45,649 nucleotides of DNA from a virus. Lineage: Duplodnaviria; Caudoviricetes. Shown here piece after piece: positions 27,414 through 36,531 of this stretch. The notes under the pieces are model-generated. The model worked only from the letters and a program-made list of their open reading frames with translations. It ran no database searches and was not told the DNA's origin. Each line of letters begins with the position of its first letter. The first letter of the stretch is position 1. The stretch is from positions 1 through 45,649 of the IMG/VR virus record IMGVR_UViG_3300037755_000687. One strand, written 5' to 3'. The position numbers and the translations under genes were made by a program.

Positions 27414-27936
27414 AAGTCCTCCGTTCACGTTGTTGAAATCTACCGCGCGCTTCTGTCTCCCACCATTTTCCGGGAGGCGGATTGTTATCTCCTTCACCGT
27501 ACTGATACGGGATAAATGCCCATTGCACATCGCCGCGATCGCTGTCTGCGTCCAGTTGTCGCAACATGCCCCAGACACGTCCAGGTTTCGGCGTGCCTGC
27601 GATGAAAATGCTCCACGTGTACAGCCGAGGGATCAGCAGCACCAGATGGAAGTGATCGCCGCCGATGTAGTTCAACCACCGTTTGACCACAGTCTTCCAG
27701 CGGCGTTGCTCCGTGTACGCGCCGCAGATGATTAAGGACAGACTCCAATCCCATGGATGATCGTGCACGCCTTGCGCCGGGTCGTCGCTGGCAAGGAAGC
27801 GATGCAGATACACGTGCCGCCCGAACGGTGAGCCGATATAGTACCGTTCGAGATACGGCCGGTTGTGCACCTTGATCAAGCGGCAGCGCAGCCAGCCACT
27901 CAACCAGAATAGCAGTGTGTTCATCAAGCTGTTCAT
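27394..27936 (-). CDS. Cupin-fold (cysteine-dioxygenase-like) protein
   Basis: YLHRF..SD....HDHPW...S.I..G.Y.E and a downstream HFH.V. ATG overlaps the stop of the thymidylate synthase-like gene. Confidence 0.65.
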   Translation of the reverse strand: MNSLMNTLLFWLSGWLRCRLIKVHNRPYLERYYIGSPFGRHVYLHRFLASDDPAQGVHDHPWDWSLSLIICGAYTEQRRWKTVVKRWLNYIGGDHFHLVLLIPRLYTWSIFIAGTPKPGRVWGMLRQLDADSDRGDVQWAFIPYQYGEGDNNPPPGKWWETEARGRFQQRERRTYVREQG

Positions 27937-29039
27937 TGCTTCTGCTCCAATTGCGCTTTGACAGCGCGTCGGTTGATCCATATGGCAGCGGCCAGTGCCC
28001 AATCCTCCGCTGCACATAGCAGCGCCCAGCGCAGCGCAGTGTCGTAGTCGCCGCGCAGCCGCGCCGCATACGCATTGAACAGCGGTACGGCTACTTCGTG
28101 GAAGAGCGGGTTTTTCCAATCGGGCGAACCCATGATGATTTCTGGTTTGTTCATGTGTCCTTGTGCCAGACCCATAAACTCGTCGAGATCGGAAAACCAC
28201 GTTCTCGGGTATTTGAGCAACGGATACGGATCCACTGGCCTCGGGTGCCAGAATCCGTATCCGGTTGCAACTTCGGTGTCCGTGTACGGATCGTAATGAT
28301 CTCCGTTGTGTACGTCCCCGTATGCGTGCAGTACACGCTGCCACGATGGTTCGTCCTCGTAGACGTGGAAACTGTCACTCATCTGCGTGTATTTGCCCAC
28401 ACTAGCGTCCAGCATAGAGGCCAGCACTTCTTGGATGACGCTGAATTGCACCACATTCGCGCCGTACGCGCCCCAGATAACGTCGTTACTGCGATTCGCG
28501 ACCAGCATGTTGAGCGCGCCTTCGCGCAGCTTGAAGAACAGCGTGCAGTTGCATGGCATGTCCTTGCCCATGTAGCCGCTGTCCAGCGCGGGCGTCCACA
28601 GCCCAATGACTGCGCGGCGGCTGTTGCGGTCACGGTGCAATTCAGCAACGACGTTCTCAAACTGATTGGTGGACTCCCGCCAGCCGCCCGCAGCAACACG
28701 CACAGCCCGCCGCATGCGCGCGCCGTATGCACCGTGGAACACGAAGCCATCGTCGCTGTACTCGGTGATGCGTGGCAAGAAGAAGCGCAGCCACTCTACG
28801 TCAGCACGCCCTGCCATGATCCACAGCGATTCAAAGAAGTGGAAGAACGGATTGGCATCGCGTGCAGGGCTGAACAGCACGCGCTCGCGTGGCTGCACGT
28901 ACACGGTAGCTACGGGCTCCATGTACTCCAACGTTGAGCGTCCGCGCGGCGCGATGCGTCGCACGTTGAGGCCAGCGCGGAGCAACTGTATCGCGCGCGG
29001 TAGCGCATGATTTACGTTTCGGGCAGTGATGACGCGCAT
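27933..29039 (-). CDS. Thymidylate synthase homologue, probable dUMP hydroxymethylase
   Basis: NPFFHFFE..W, SRRAVI, KDMPCN (catalytic Cys) and NRSNDVIWG..GAN. The Asn aligns with the uracil-specifying N177 of ThyA. Confidence 0.88.
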   Translation of the reverse strand: MRVITARNVNHALPRAIQLLRAGLNVRRIAPRGRSTLEYMEPVATVYVQPRERVLFSPARDANPFFHFFESLWIMAGRADVEWLRFFLPRITEYSDDGFVFHGAYGARMRRAVRVAAGGWRESTNQFENVVAELHRDRNSRRAVIGLWTPALDSGYMGKDMPCNCTLFFKLREGALNMLVANRSNDVIWGAYGANVVQFSVIQEVLASMLDASVGKYTQMSDSFHVYEDEPSWQRVLHAYGDVHNGDHYDPYTDTEVATGYGFWHPRPVDPYPLLKYPRTWFSDLDEFMGLAQGHMNKPEIIMGSPDWKNPLFHEVAVPLFNAYAARLRGDYDTALRWALLCAAEDWALAAAIWINRRAVKAQLEQKQ

Positions 29040-29042
29040 GTG

Positions 29043-29903
29043 TCAGACTCCTTGGTAGAGACTACGTGGTTTACCTTCACCCAGCTTGACGCGCAGGTAC
29101 TTGTCTGTTTCGCAAAGCGAGTGTTCGATGTCCCGCATTTCTAGCTCCGGCATGTGCTTCTCCAAGTACAGCGGCGCAAGGTCCAGTAAGTGCTTCATCT
29201 CTTGCACAGCTTGGTCTTCACGGACGCTTTTATCAAGCGGTCTGCCATGCAGCCTGTTCAGACCACGCTTGGCTCCGGGTCCTGCATTCGCCCATGTCGA
29301 TATATCGGGGGCTTTGTCCAGCCATCCGGGGCACCAGCGTAGATCACACGCAGCCTCGTACGCCATAAAGCCGCCGATGCCGCCGATGCGTTGCGCCTCC
29401 TGACAAAACACGCGCAGTCCTTGTCGCGCTGCGCGTGCTAGGGCTAACCGATTCTGCCATGCAGTCTCCAGCACTCCCCGTACGATGTAAAGCGGCTTCG
29501 GCATCGCATTGCCGTTTGTGCTGACAGTGTACGCATTGGTCCATACTTGATCGCCGCGCGCGCCTCGAGTGTCCAGTGCTGCGACTGTGGCACGCCAGTC
29601 GAATTCATTGTTGGGGTACCAGACCCCCAGCTTGATCAGCTCTGCCAGCGTATCAGGCCAGTTGATAAATCGCGCGGTGAACATCATGTGCCACAGATGC
29701 TCGCTATCTGCGTATGGCTTGCGGATATGGTCACGCACCCATTGCGTCACCTTGTCGAGCTCGCGGAACACATTGCAAAAACGATACCGCTGCAGGATAG
29801 GATCAGCCGTCCACGGCTTGGGACCATTCATCAGGTCCTTATTCCACCAGATGCGATGTCGCTCGTTAATCCAGTAGAACAGAGGCGTCGGGTTCAGAGA
29901 CAT
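29043..29903 (-). CDS. 5-hydroxymethyluracil DNA kinase (aGPT-Pplase1 family)
   Basis: ERH.I....GP.PWT.DPIL..YRFCNV.RE.D, GGFMAYE...D, GPGA.RGL and IEHSLCE.DKY.R. Confidence 0.9.
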   Translation of the reverse strand: MSLNPTPLFYWINERHRIWWNKDLMNGPKPWTADPILQRYRFCNVFRELDKVTQWVRDHIRKPYADSEHLWHMMFTARFINWPDTLAELIKLGVWYPNNEFDWRATVAALDTRGARGDQVWTNAYTVSTNGNAMPKPLYIVRGVLETAWQNRLALARAARQGLRVFCQEAQRIGGIGGFMAYEAACDLRWCPGWLDKAPDISTWANAGPGAKRGLNRLHGRPLDKSVREDQAVQEMKHLLDLAPLYLEKHMPELEMRDIEHSLCETDKYLRVKLGEGKPRSLYQGV

Positions 29904-30453
29904 TGAGAATTTCCTTGCATCGGTTGTAAACGTAATCCCAGCCGCCGCGCTCGGTGCGTAGCCCCGCCTCGGTCAGACGGCGGTACCAGCTAGCAACGCT
30001 CTCCGCCTTGCGCAGTAAATTAGATGGGTCTAATGGTGTCTCGTTGCCGCGCGCGGCACGGCGCGTCCCTACGTGCGCGATGCACTGCTGCACGGGTGTA
30101 TCCAGCCAGAAGAACGTGACGTCGCCTATGCCCGCAGCGAGCTCGCGGCAGGTCTCTATACCGGGTGTTATTAGGCTTTCCATAATGACAGGATTGCCAA
30201 AGTCGCGGGCGCGTGTGATCGCTGCACGGACGCCCGCTGCGTAAGGCTGCACGGTGTCAAAGCCGCCTGTTGCGCCCCGGTACTTGCCAACAAACATGAT
30301 GTCGGGGCGGTCAGCGCGCAGCACGCCTGTCATGACGGCTTCTTCGGAGTGCACCCAGCACTCGTAGACCGGACCTTGCGCGCAGATCATCAGGCAGCGC
30401 GCAAGCATGGTCTTACCTGCGCCATTGGTACCGTGGATATACACTCCGCTCAT
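29866..30453 (-). CDS. P-loop nucleotide kinase (5-hmdUMP kinase candidate)
   Basis: IHGTNGAGKT Walker A, VGKY....GG.D and LDTP...C...V..RR lid motif. ATG 30453. Confidence 0.75.
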   Translation of the reverse strand: MSGVYIHGTNGAGKTMLARCLMICAQGPVYECWVHSEEAVMTGVLRADRPDIMFVGKYRGATGGFDTVQPYAAGVRAAITRARDFGNPVIMESLITPGIETCRELAAGIGDVTFFWLDTPVQQCIAHVGTRRAARGNETPLDPSNLLRKAESVASWYRRLTEAGLRTERGGWDYVYNRCKEILNVSEPDASVLLD

Positions 30454-30455
30454 GG

Positions 30456-30788
30456 TCAGCTCTGCTTGTCTGCGCGCGCCAGCGCGTGCGCGTCGCTGTA
30501 CTTGGCGGGATAGCGCAGCCGCAGCTTCTCGATATTGGCGCGCGCCACGGTGTCTAGCGGCATTTCCAACGCATCTGCAAGTTGACTCACGAACCACATG
30601 ATGTCTCCGAGCTCTTCTAATACATTGGGACGATCGAGTGCTTTGCCGTAATACAGAAACGCTTTGATCGTGGTGGCAAGCTCGCCAGCCTCACTGCAAC
30701 AGCCGAGCGCCAGATGCGCAAGCGCGTCCTCGTATTTCATCTCCTTGCGCGTGCGCGCAGCTAATTCTTGGTATTCGTTGAGTTGCAT
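30456..30788 (-). CDS. MazG-like nucleotide pyrophosphohydrolase
   Basis: NEYQ..A.RT, LG...EAGE, EELGD..W and NI.KL..RYP. Confidence 0.9.
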   Translation of the reverse strand: MQLNEYQELAARTRKEMKYEDALAHLALGCCSEAGELATTIKAFLYYGKALDRPNVLEELGDIMWFVSQLADALEMPLDTVARANIEKLRLRYPAKYSDAHALARADKQS

Positions 30789-30792
30789 AGTT

Positions 30793-31617
30793 CTACTCCT
30801 CTTCGGGTGGATGGTATGGCAAGCCGCAAGTCAATGCAGCTTTCAATTCTTCGATGATGGGTGCAAAATCTAAGCTAGTCACGTAGCTCAGACGACGATA
30901 CGCTTTGGCAGTGCGCGCGCCGTACGTATACCCGCCGCCTTTGTACTGATGATACACGCACGCAATGGTCTCTGCCTCCTGCATGTTCAGCGGACGGTCG
31001 TAGCGCGGCGGCGCTAGGCGCAGCGGGCGCGGCAGCGCGGCCAGCATGTCGGCGTAGATACGCTCCATCAGTACGTCTTCGGGCTTTGCATACAGTTGTG
31101 GTGCGATGTACTGGCGCGCACCGTTTTGCGGTACCTTGGGCGAATGCTCAGCCGCGCCAGTAAAGTCGCAAGGAATACCAAAGACGCGCTCCTGCACGTC
31201 TGCGAATTTCCAGTAGAAGTAATCTCCGAAAAGTCGCACCTTCTGCAGATTTTGCCGCACTGTGAAGTAAGACGCGCCAAAGTTCTCATCCACCATGCGC
31301 TCGGGCGCGCGGTACATGGCGCACCATTCTTGCAGCGCGCGCCGTCCTGCTGCGCCCCGGAAGTGACGACGCTCGCTAGCGCGCGGCGCGGTGTCGTACT
31401 GGCTGGCAAGGAAGCGCCAGAATTGCTCTCCCTGATACTTGGCTGCAGCCGCCGCGATGCCCGGATGGTAGTACGTACACCAGCCCACGAAGACGCGCAT
31501 TTTGGTGCCTGTGTCAAGGTCCGCGCGGGCTAGCGCGTAGTACATGGGGTCAGCATCTTCCATGCAAAACATACGCTCAGCGAAGATGTCCCATCTGTCT
31601 TGTGTCACGGCACCCAT
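30793..31617 (-). CDS. Amino acid:DNA transferase (aGPT-Pplase2 family)
   Basis: D.DPMY, PRASERRHFRG, FG.Y..WK.AD..ER and QEAET..C motifs. Confidence 0.85.
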   Translation of the reverse strand: MGAVTQDRWDIFAERMFCMEDADPMYYALARADLDTGTKMRVFVGWCTYYHPGIAAAAAKYQGEQFWRFLASQYDTAPRASERRHFRGAAGRRALQEWCAMYRAPERMVDENFGASYFTVRQNLQKVRLFGDYFYWKFADVQERVFGIPCDFTGAAEHSPKVPQNGARQYIAPQLYAKPEDVLMERIYADMLAALPRPLRLAPPRYDRPLNMQEAETIACVYHQYKGGGYTYGARTAKAYRRLSYVTSLDFAPIIEELKAALTCGLPYHPPEEE

Positions 31618-31844
31618 AGCTTCGCTTTCAAATCTTTGACTAGTTGCTCCAGCTTGGCGATGATTTCTTTGTCAACGAGACTAGCCTCTGTTCTTTTCCA
31701 AGGCATTATGCGCAATTCTCGTGTCGGCCAGCGCTCACCGCAACGCAAGCATTCTCGGCGGCGCGCTACCCAGAATCCGCGTGAGCGTGTATCGGTGACT
31801 GTAGAGTCACCGCCGCAAGCACAACGATCCGCCTTTAAGTTCAT
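31605..31844 (-). CDS. NrdR-N-like zinc-ribbon protein
   Basis: CACGG.S.V.DTR......RRRECL.CG.RW.T.E; ATG 31844 overlaps the helicase stop. Confidence 0.75.
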   Translation of the reverse strand: MNLKADRCACGGDSTVTDTRSRGFWVARRRECLRCGERWPTRELRIMPWKRTEASLVDKEIIAKLEQLVKDLKAKLWVP

Positions 31845-33271
31845 GCAAGAAGCTCTCGTTGCGCGCGGTACAGATTGAGTGAATCCAAGAAGGCTCGCTC
31901 CAGACGCTGGTTGTGATGGTTGCTGCGGCGGATCGCTTCGTCTACCGTATCGCGCGTCATGATCTGGTGGAGCCGCACATGGTCGGATTGCTGGCCGCTG
32001 CGTTGTAGCCGCCTGATCAACTGAGTGTAGTTCTCGTTGACCCATGTCAAGCTGAATTGCGCGATGGCGCAGCCGCCGTACTGAATGTTCACGCCATGCG
32101 CTGCGCCCTGTGCATTGAGCGCCATGATGTCTATCTTGCGGTCGTTCCACTCGTCTTGCATCTTGTCGCTGCCCTTGCTGGTGAACACTTCGAAGCGGCG
32201 ATCTTTGAATTTGGCTTTGACCATTTTCTCTACGCGCATAAGGTCGTGCCGAAAGTTATACGCCACAAGCACATTAGATTGTTCGCTGTCCAGCACTTCT
32301 TCTAGTGCATCTATCTTTTCGTCGTGGAAAATAGTGTACTCGCGTCGTAGCTCGGGGTCGTTGTACACCGCACCATTTGCTAACTGATGGCACTTGCCCG
32401 TGAGCGTTGCTGCGTTAAAAGCCTCCACTGTGGCGGTATCTAACTGGAGGAATAGCTCGCGTTCAAATTGTTCGTATAGCTCGCGCGGCTGCGGCGGAAG
32501 GTCTACCCATACGGGGTTCACTAGCAGCTTGGGCAGTTCTAAATAGTCTGCTGCGTCCATGCGCACAGTGACGTCACGCACTAGGTTGCTGATGTACTCT
32601 AGTGCGCCTGCGCGTGCCTCCCACTTGTGCCCTTCGGCGTCCACCATAATGAAGAACCGGAACTTATAGCGGTCAAAAGCCGAACCGAGACGCTTGCCTT
32701 GGTCCAGAAGAAAATACTGCGACCATAGATTGGTTAAACCTTGCGGTGCTGGCGTACCGCTGAGTAGTATGCGGCGTTCAAACGATTTGACGTGCGGCTT
32801 GATCGCCTTGAAGCGCTCGGTGCTGGCGTGTTTGAATTTACTGCTCTCATCAAGTACAAGCATCTTGAACGGAAAGCGTCCCAACTTGCGCGCCAGTTGT
32901 GGCAATGCTTTGCGGAAAAGCCATTGCGTGTTCTCTATGTTGATAACGTAGATATTGGCGGGCGTGATCAACGCGCGGGCGCGCTGGCGCTCATTGCCTA
33001 GCACGCGGCTCACTTTTAGGTGCTGGGTATGCTCCCAGTCGCGCGCTTCCTGCATCCACACGCCGCGCGCCACGCGCAGCGGCGCTAGCACCAGCACAGC
33101 GTCTTGTGGCTCTAAGAGGCTCAGCAAGAACATGCGTGCCACTGCAGTCAACACGCTGATGGTCTTGCCCAGCCCCATATCCATGAACAACGCCACAATC
33201 GGGTTATCCAGCAGGAACGGAATGGCTTTGTCCTTCTGGTAGTGCCGTAATTCTGCTTCGAAGTGTCTCAC
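31841..33271 (-). CDS. SNF2-like SF2 DNA helicase
   Basis: DMGLGKT, LDESS, LSGTP and HGVNIQ motifs. Confidence 0.92.
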   Translation of the reverse strand: MRHFEAELRHYQKDKAIPFLLDNPIVALFMDMGLGKTISVLTAVARMFLLSLLEPQDAVLVLAPLRVARGVWMQEARDWEHTQHLKVSRVLGNERQRARALITPANIYVINIENTQWLFRKALPQLARKLGRFPFKMLVLDESSKFKHASTERFKAIKPHVKSFERRILLSGTPAPQGLTNLWSQYFLLDQGKRLGSAFDRYKFRFFIMVDAEGHKWEARAGALEYISNLVRDVTVRMDAADYLELPKLLVNPVWVDLPPQPRELYEQFERELFLQLDTATVEAFNAATLTGKCHQLANGAVYNDPELRREYTIFHDEKIDALEEVLDSEQSNVLVAYNFRHDLMRVEKMVKAKFKDRRFEVFTSKGSDKMQDEWNDRKIDIMALNAQGAAHGVNIQYGGCAIAQFSLTWVNENYTQLIRRLQRSGQQSDHVRLHQIMTRDTVDEAIRRSNHHNQRLERAFLDSLNLYRAQRELLA

Positions 33272-33654
33272 TCAATTGGCTCCCGCTCGTGCCCGAAAGC
33301 TGTCCTGTCGCCCTGTGGCGGTATGTACACGATATCGAGCGCAGCCTTTGTGCCGCGCATAGGCTCGCACCACGCCAGCCGTTCCACGAAGCGCAAGACT
33401 TCTTTTTGCGTATGTGCCACGTCTGCCAGACACCCAAGATTCCGCAATGCTTCGATGAAGCGTTTTTGCCCCGGCTGGTATTCCGCAGCGCGGTCACGCT
33501 TCAGCTCCAGGAAGCCGATGCGTGGTCCAGGCAGTATCACTACGCGATCAGGCGCACCATTGCGTCCGGGCGTTTTGAGCTTGAGCGCTATGCCGCCACG
33601 TATTAGCGCGGCTTCGCGCGCTGTCATCTCTAAGGCTGTTTCGCGCCGGCTCAC
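33268..33654 (-). CDS. VRR-NUC nuclease
   Basis: E.......GG...K...PG..G.PDR.......F.ELK......Q. Confidence 0.88.
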   Translation of the reverse strand: MSRRETALEMTAREAALIRGGIALKLKTPGRNGAPDRVVILPGPRIGFLELKRDRAAEYQPGQKRFIEALRNLGCLADVAHTQKEVLRFVERLAWCEPMRGTKAALDIVYIPPQGDRTAFGHEREPIE

Positions 33655-33917
33655 GGGAACATCTCCAGGATATCGCGCTCATGCAATTCTTTCATCAACT
33701 GCATCATGCGGCGGAAGATGCGCAACGCCACGTCCATCCGCTTGGCGTTGTTCAGTTCGAACCACAACATGCGCCTGAGCTCCTCGTAGCCTTTCCAGTT
33801 GCGCGGCAGCTTAGTCGTGTAAGCATGGGCGCGCAGCCAATTCTGCATCACGGGATGCAGGCGGCGTTTGTCAGCGTCGTCTACTCGCACTTGGTACAGA
33901 ATGGCAGGTTGTTTCAT
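33651..33917 (-). CDS. Hypothetical protein
   Basis: ATG 33917 overlaps the polymerase stop. Confidence 0.65.
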   Translation of the reverse strand: MKQPAILYQVRVDDADKRRLHPVMQNWLRAHAYTTKLPRNWKGYEELRRMLWFELNNAKRMDVALRIFRRMMQLMKELHERDILEMFP

Positions 33918-35902
33918 TGTTTCCTCCATCTCTTGGCTGTGTACGCGTCGGCTGTAATAGGACACTTATCCGCCCATGCAGGCAGGCGACACACTAGCTG
34001 CTCGAACTCGTGCAAGTCCCCTGTTCCTTCGTCGCGTTCAGCAATGATTTCGTCATGCGCGGTAAAATCTACTTCGTAAGCGGCGCGCTCAGCATTCACC
34101 ATGCCTTCGACCATCACATCGCAAGCAATAGCTTGCACCCCATTCTCTACCAGCTTGCCGCCGTATGTGCGCTCGCGCTCCCATTGATGCGTCTTGGAGT
34201 TTTCGCTCATGTAGGTCACTGCATCATTCCCGTACTCGGGGTCAGGCTCTAATGTCGGATATGGATATGCTTGTCTGCGGCCAGATGGTAGCTGCATAAA
34301 GAGGAAGCTATCCTCGCAATAAAACTCGAGCCGTCCTTGCCCTGAAATAAAGCGTTTACCCGGATGCCGCACCGCGTTGACAGCCGCGTCGTTAGTGTCG
34401 TACCAGAGCCGCTTCACGCGTGGGTGCAGATCACGGTACATCTTCACAGCGATTTTAGCGAACGACAACGAAACATCAAAGCCGCCCTGCTCCTTGCATG
34501 TGCGTACAAACTTCGGCGGTCCCATGCCGAAGCCGCAACCGAGTACAATGTGCTTCGCTACGCGACGCTCTTCGCTAGTGATCTCGTGCGGTTTCTTGCC
34601 GTACACATGCCCGCCCATCCAGCGGTACAAGTCCACTCCATCGTGGTACATCTCCACCACGTCGTCTTGTCCTGCAAGCCATACCACAATCCGGCTCTCG
34701 ATGTTCTTGTAGTCCACCACATATAACATGCGCCCCGCGTGCGCTGCGATGAACCCGCGCAGCACATTGCTCAACGCCTCAAGCGCACCCGCGCCTTCTA
34801 GCACTTCAGCAAGGTCACGAATAACTGCAATGTCTTCTTGTCCTAATGCTTCAAGAATCAAGTCGCGCGCGTACTGCGTGAACGTGCCGCGCACATAGTT
34901 GTGTGGCTGTAACAGCTTGCCCGCCCAGCGCCCGGTACGCGCTCCCCAGAAGAGCAGCGTGCCGCGCGCACGGCCATCGGCGCTAGCTACTAGCAACATC
35001 GTCAGCAGCTTCTTCACACTAACGCGAGCGCTCTCCATGCGTAGCCCCAGCAACTCGCGCACATGGTCAGGTAGGTACTCGCCGTTCGCTTCCAAGTACT
35101 CTTCCAATGGCTTGCGTTGCAAATTGGCGAGCTCTACACCTTCGTCGGCTAACCACTGCATGATCTTGGCATTGCGTGTAGGGCTGATGCCCTCGGTGAT
35201 CTGCATGGCGCGCAGAGCGTTGTCGCGTTCCAGGACGCGCGATACGTTGACGGCTTTCCGGATCAACGGTATGTCCAATGGAAGGCCGCGCTCGTTGATC
35301 TTGGTATCGAAACGCCACACGTCCATCTCACGTGCGCGCAGTTTAGGCAAACGCTTATGCAATGCCCGCTCCGAGACTACGTCCTGCTGGTTATACGCTA
35401 CGAATTCTTCCCACTCTACGGGCGCATCTTTGGGATGAACGCGCGTAGTAGGATTATTCTTGGAGGGCTTGCGCGGCATGCAGAATAGGCGGATCAGCTT
35501 CGCGCCGCGCAGATCTTTGCGCGCTGCTGTATCCAGATGCATGGCAGCGCCAGCCCGCTCCAGTGCGCGCGGCAGCGCCAGTGCAGCCGTCTGCGCTGCC
35601 ACACAGTACCATTGACGCAGCGGAATGCCCGGCCAGCCTAGACGCTTGTGGCAGACGTTGTGCCAAACGGCATGCTCGAACTGCGCATTGTGCGCAGCGA
35701 ATATCTCGCCGCCTACAATACGCTCGACTAGGTCCTGCGGGCACAGTGGCAGGTCTTGATCAACCCGCCATGTGCCCACTGGACCGTCGCCGAAAGCCCA
35801 TGACAGCAACAGCAATTCCGTAGAGATATCCTCCGCGTACCGGAATGAACCGACGTCCAGTACACTGAGATTGCTGAATGTCTCTACGTCTGTGTGGACC
35901 AT
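33914..35902 (-). CDS. Family A DNA polymerase with 3'-5' exonuclease
   Basis: DVETFS, AHNAQFE, RTGRWAG, DYKNIESR (motif A), R..AK...LG.GFG (motif B) and HDE (motif C). Confidence 0.93.
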   Translation of the reverse strand: MVHTDVETFSNLSVLDVGSFRYAEDISTELLLLSWAFGDGPVGTWRVDQDLPLCPQDLVERIVGGEIFAAHNAQFEHAVWHNVCHKRLGWPGIPLRQWYCVAAQTAALALPRALERAGAAMHLDTAARKDLRGAKLIRLFCMPRKPSKNNPTTRVHPKDAPVEWEEFVAYNQQDVVSERALHKRLPKLRAREMDVWRFDTKINERGLPLDIPLIRKAVNVSRVLERDNALRAMQITEGISPTRNAKIMQWLADEGVELANLQRKPLEEYLEANGEYLPDHVRELLGLRMESARVSVKKLLTMLLVASADGRARGTLLFWGARTGRWAGKLLQPHNYVRGTFTQYARDLILEALGQEDIAVIRDLAEVLEGAGALEALSNVLRGFIAAHAGRMLYVVDYKNIESRIVVWLAGQDDVVEMYHDGVDLYRWMGGHVYGKKPHEITSEERRVAKHIVLGCGFGMGPPKFVRTCKEQGGFDVSLSFAKIAVKMYRDLHPRVKRLWYDTNDAAVNAVRHPGKRFISGQGRLEFYCEDSFLFMQLPSGRRQAYPYPTLEPDPEYGNDAVTYMSENSKTHQWERERTYGGKLVENGVQAIACDVMVEGMVNAERAAYEVDFTAHDEIIAERDEGTGDLHEFEQLVCRLPAWADKCPITADAYTAKRWRKQ

Positions 35903-35931
35903 GTTGCATCAGCTCAGTAGCTCAGCCTCGG

Positions 35932-36501
35932 TCAGCTCAACAGCGACGTCTGCTCCGCCTGCCCGCTCTGCTCTACCGTCTTCGTGGCCGCTTGCACCAC
36001 TTCGTCCGTCGAGCTTGGCGCGGATGCTGGCGTGCCATGCTTGCCAGAAGCGCGCGGTTTTTTCTTCCCGTCGCTTTTTGCTGACACGGCTGCGGGTGAC
36101 TTCTTGTTCCGCACGGGGGGCTTCTTGGCCTTGTTGGGTGGCTTGCGTGGCTGCACGGGAACCGCCGCCTTGCGTTTGGACTTCTTGCTGCTGCCGCCGC
36201 CCTTTTTGCTCTTCGCGGCCTTGCGGCTCCGAGTCCGCGTACGCCCGTTTCCCTTGCTCGCCGCCTCCGTCTTGGGGGGCGCAGCCTTGGTACCGGGCGC
36301 GGCAAAGTAGCGCTCGCGCTGCACCTTGACGCTCTTCAACTGCCGCGCTTTCACCAGTCCACGCAGCACCCTGCGCGCCGCGCGCGGGGGACAGCCCACG
36401 CTCTTGATGATCTTGCCCGTGCTGACCCACGATTTGCCGACGAGGGCAACGATGCGCTCGCCGTATGACTTCTGCGGCTTCTTGGCTTTCTTTCTGCTCA
36501 T
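35932..36501 (-). CDS. Lys-rich histone-like DNA-binding protein with a wHTH-like N-terminus
   Basis: Very basic low-complexity tail; SD AAGGAG. Confidence 0.7.
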   Translation of the reverse strand: MSRKKAKKPQKSYGERIVALVGKSWVSTGKIIKSVGCPPRAARRVLRGLVKARQLKSVKVQRERYFAAPGTKAAPPKTEAASKGNGRTRTRSRKAAKSKKGGGSSKKSKRKAAVPVQPRKPPNKAKKPPVRNKKSPAAVSAKSDGKKKPRASGKHGTPASAPSSTDEVVQAATKTVEQSGQAEQTSLLS

Positions 36502-36531
36502 GCTCCTTCTCCTTGCGTGGAGACCCGTAGT

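Noticed and set aside
27933-29039. Ordinary ThyA or dCMP hydroxymethylase
   Set aside because: Asn rather than Asp at the specificity position argues against dCMP, and the adjacent 5-hmdU DNA kinase argues against plain dTMP synthesis.
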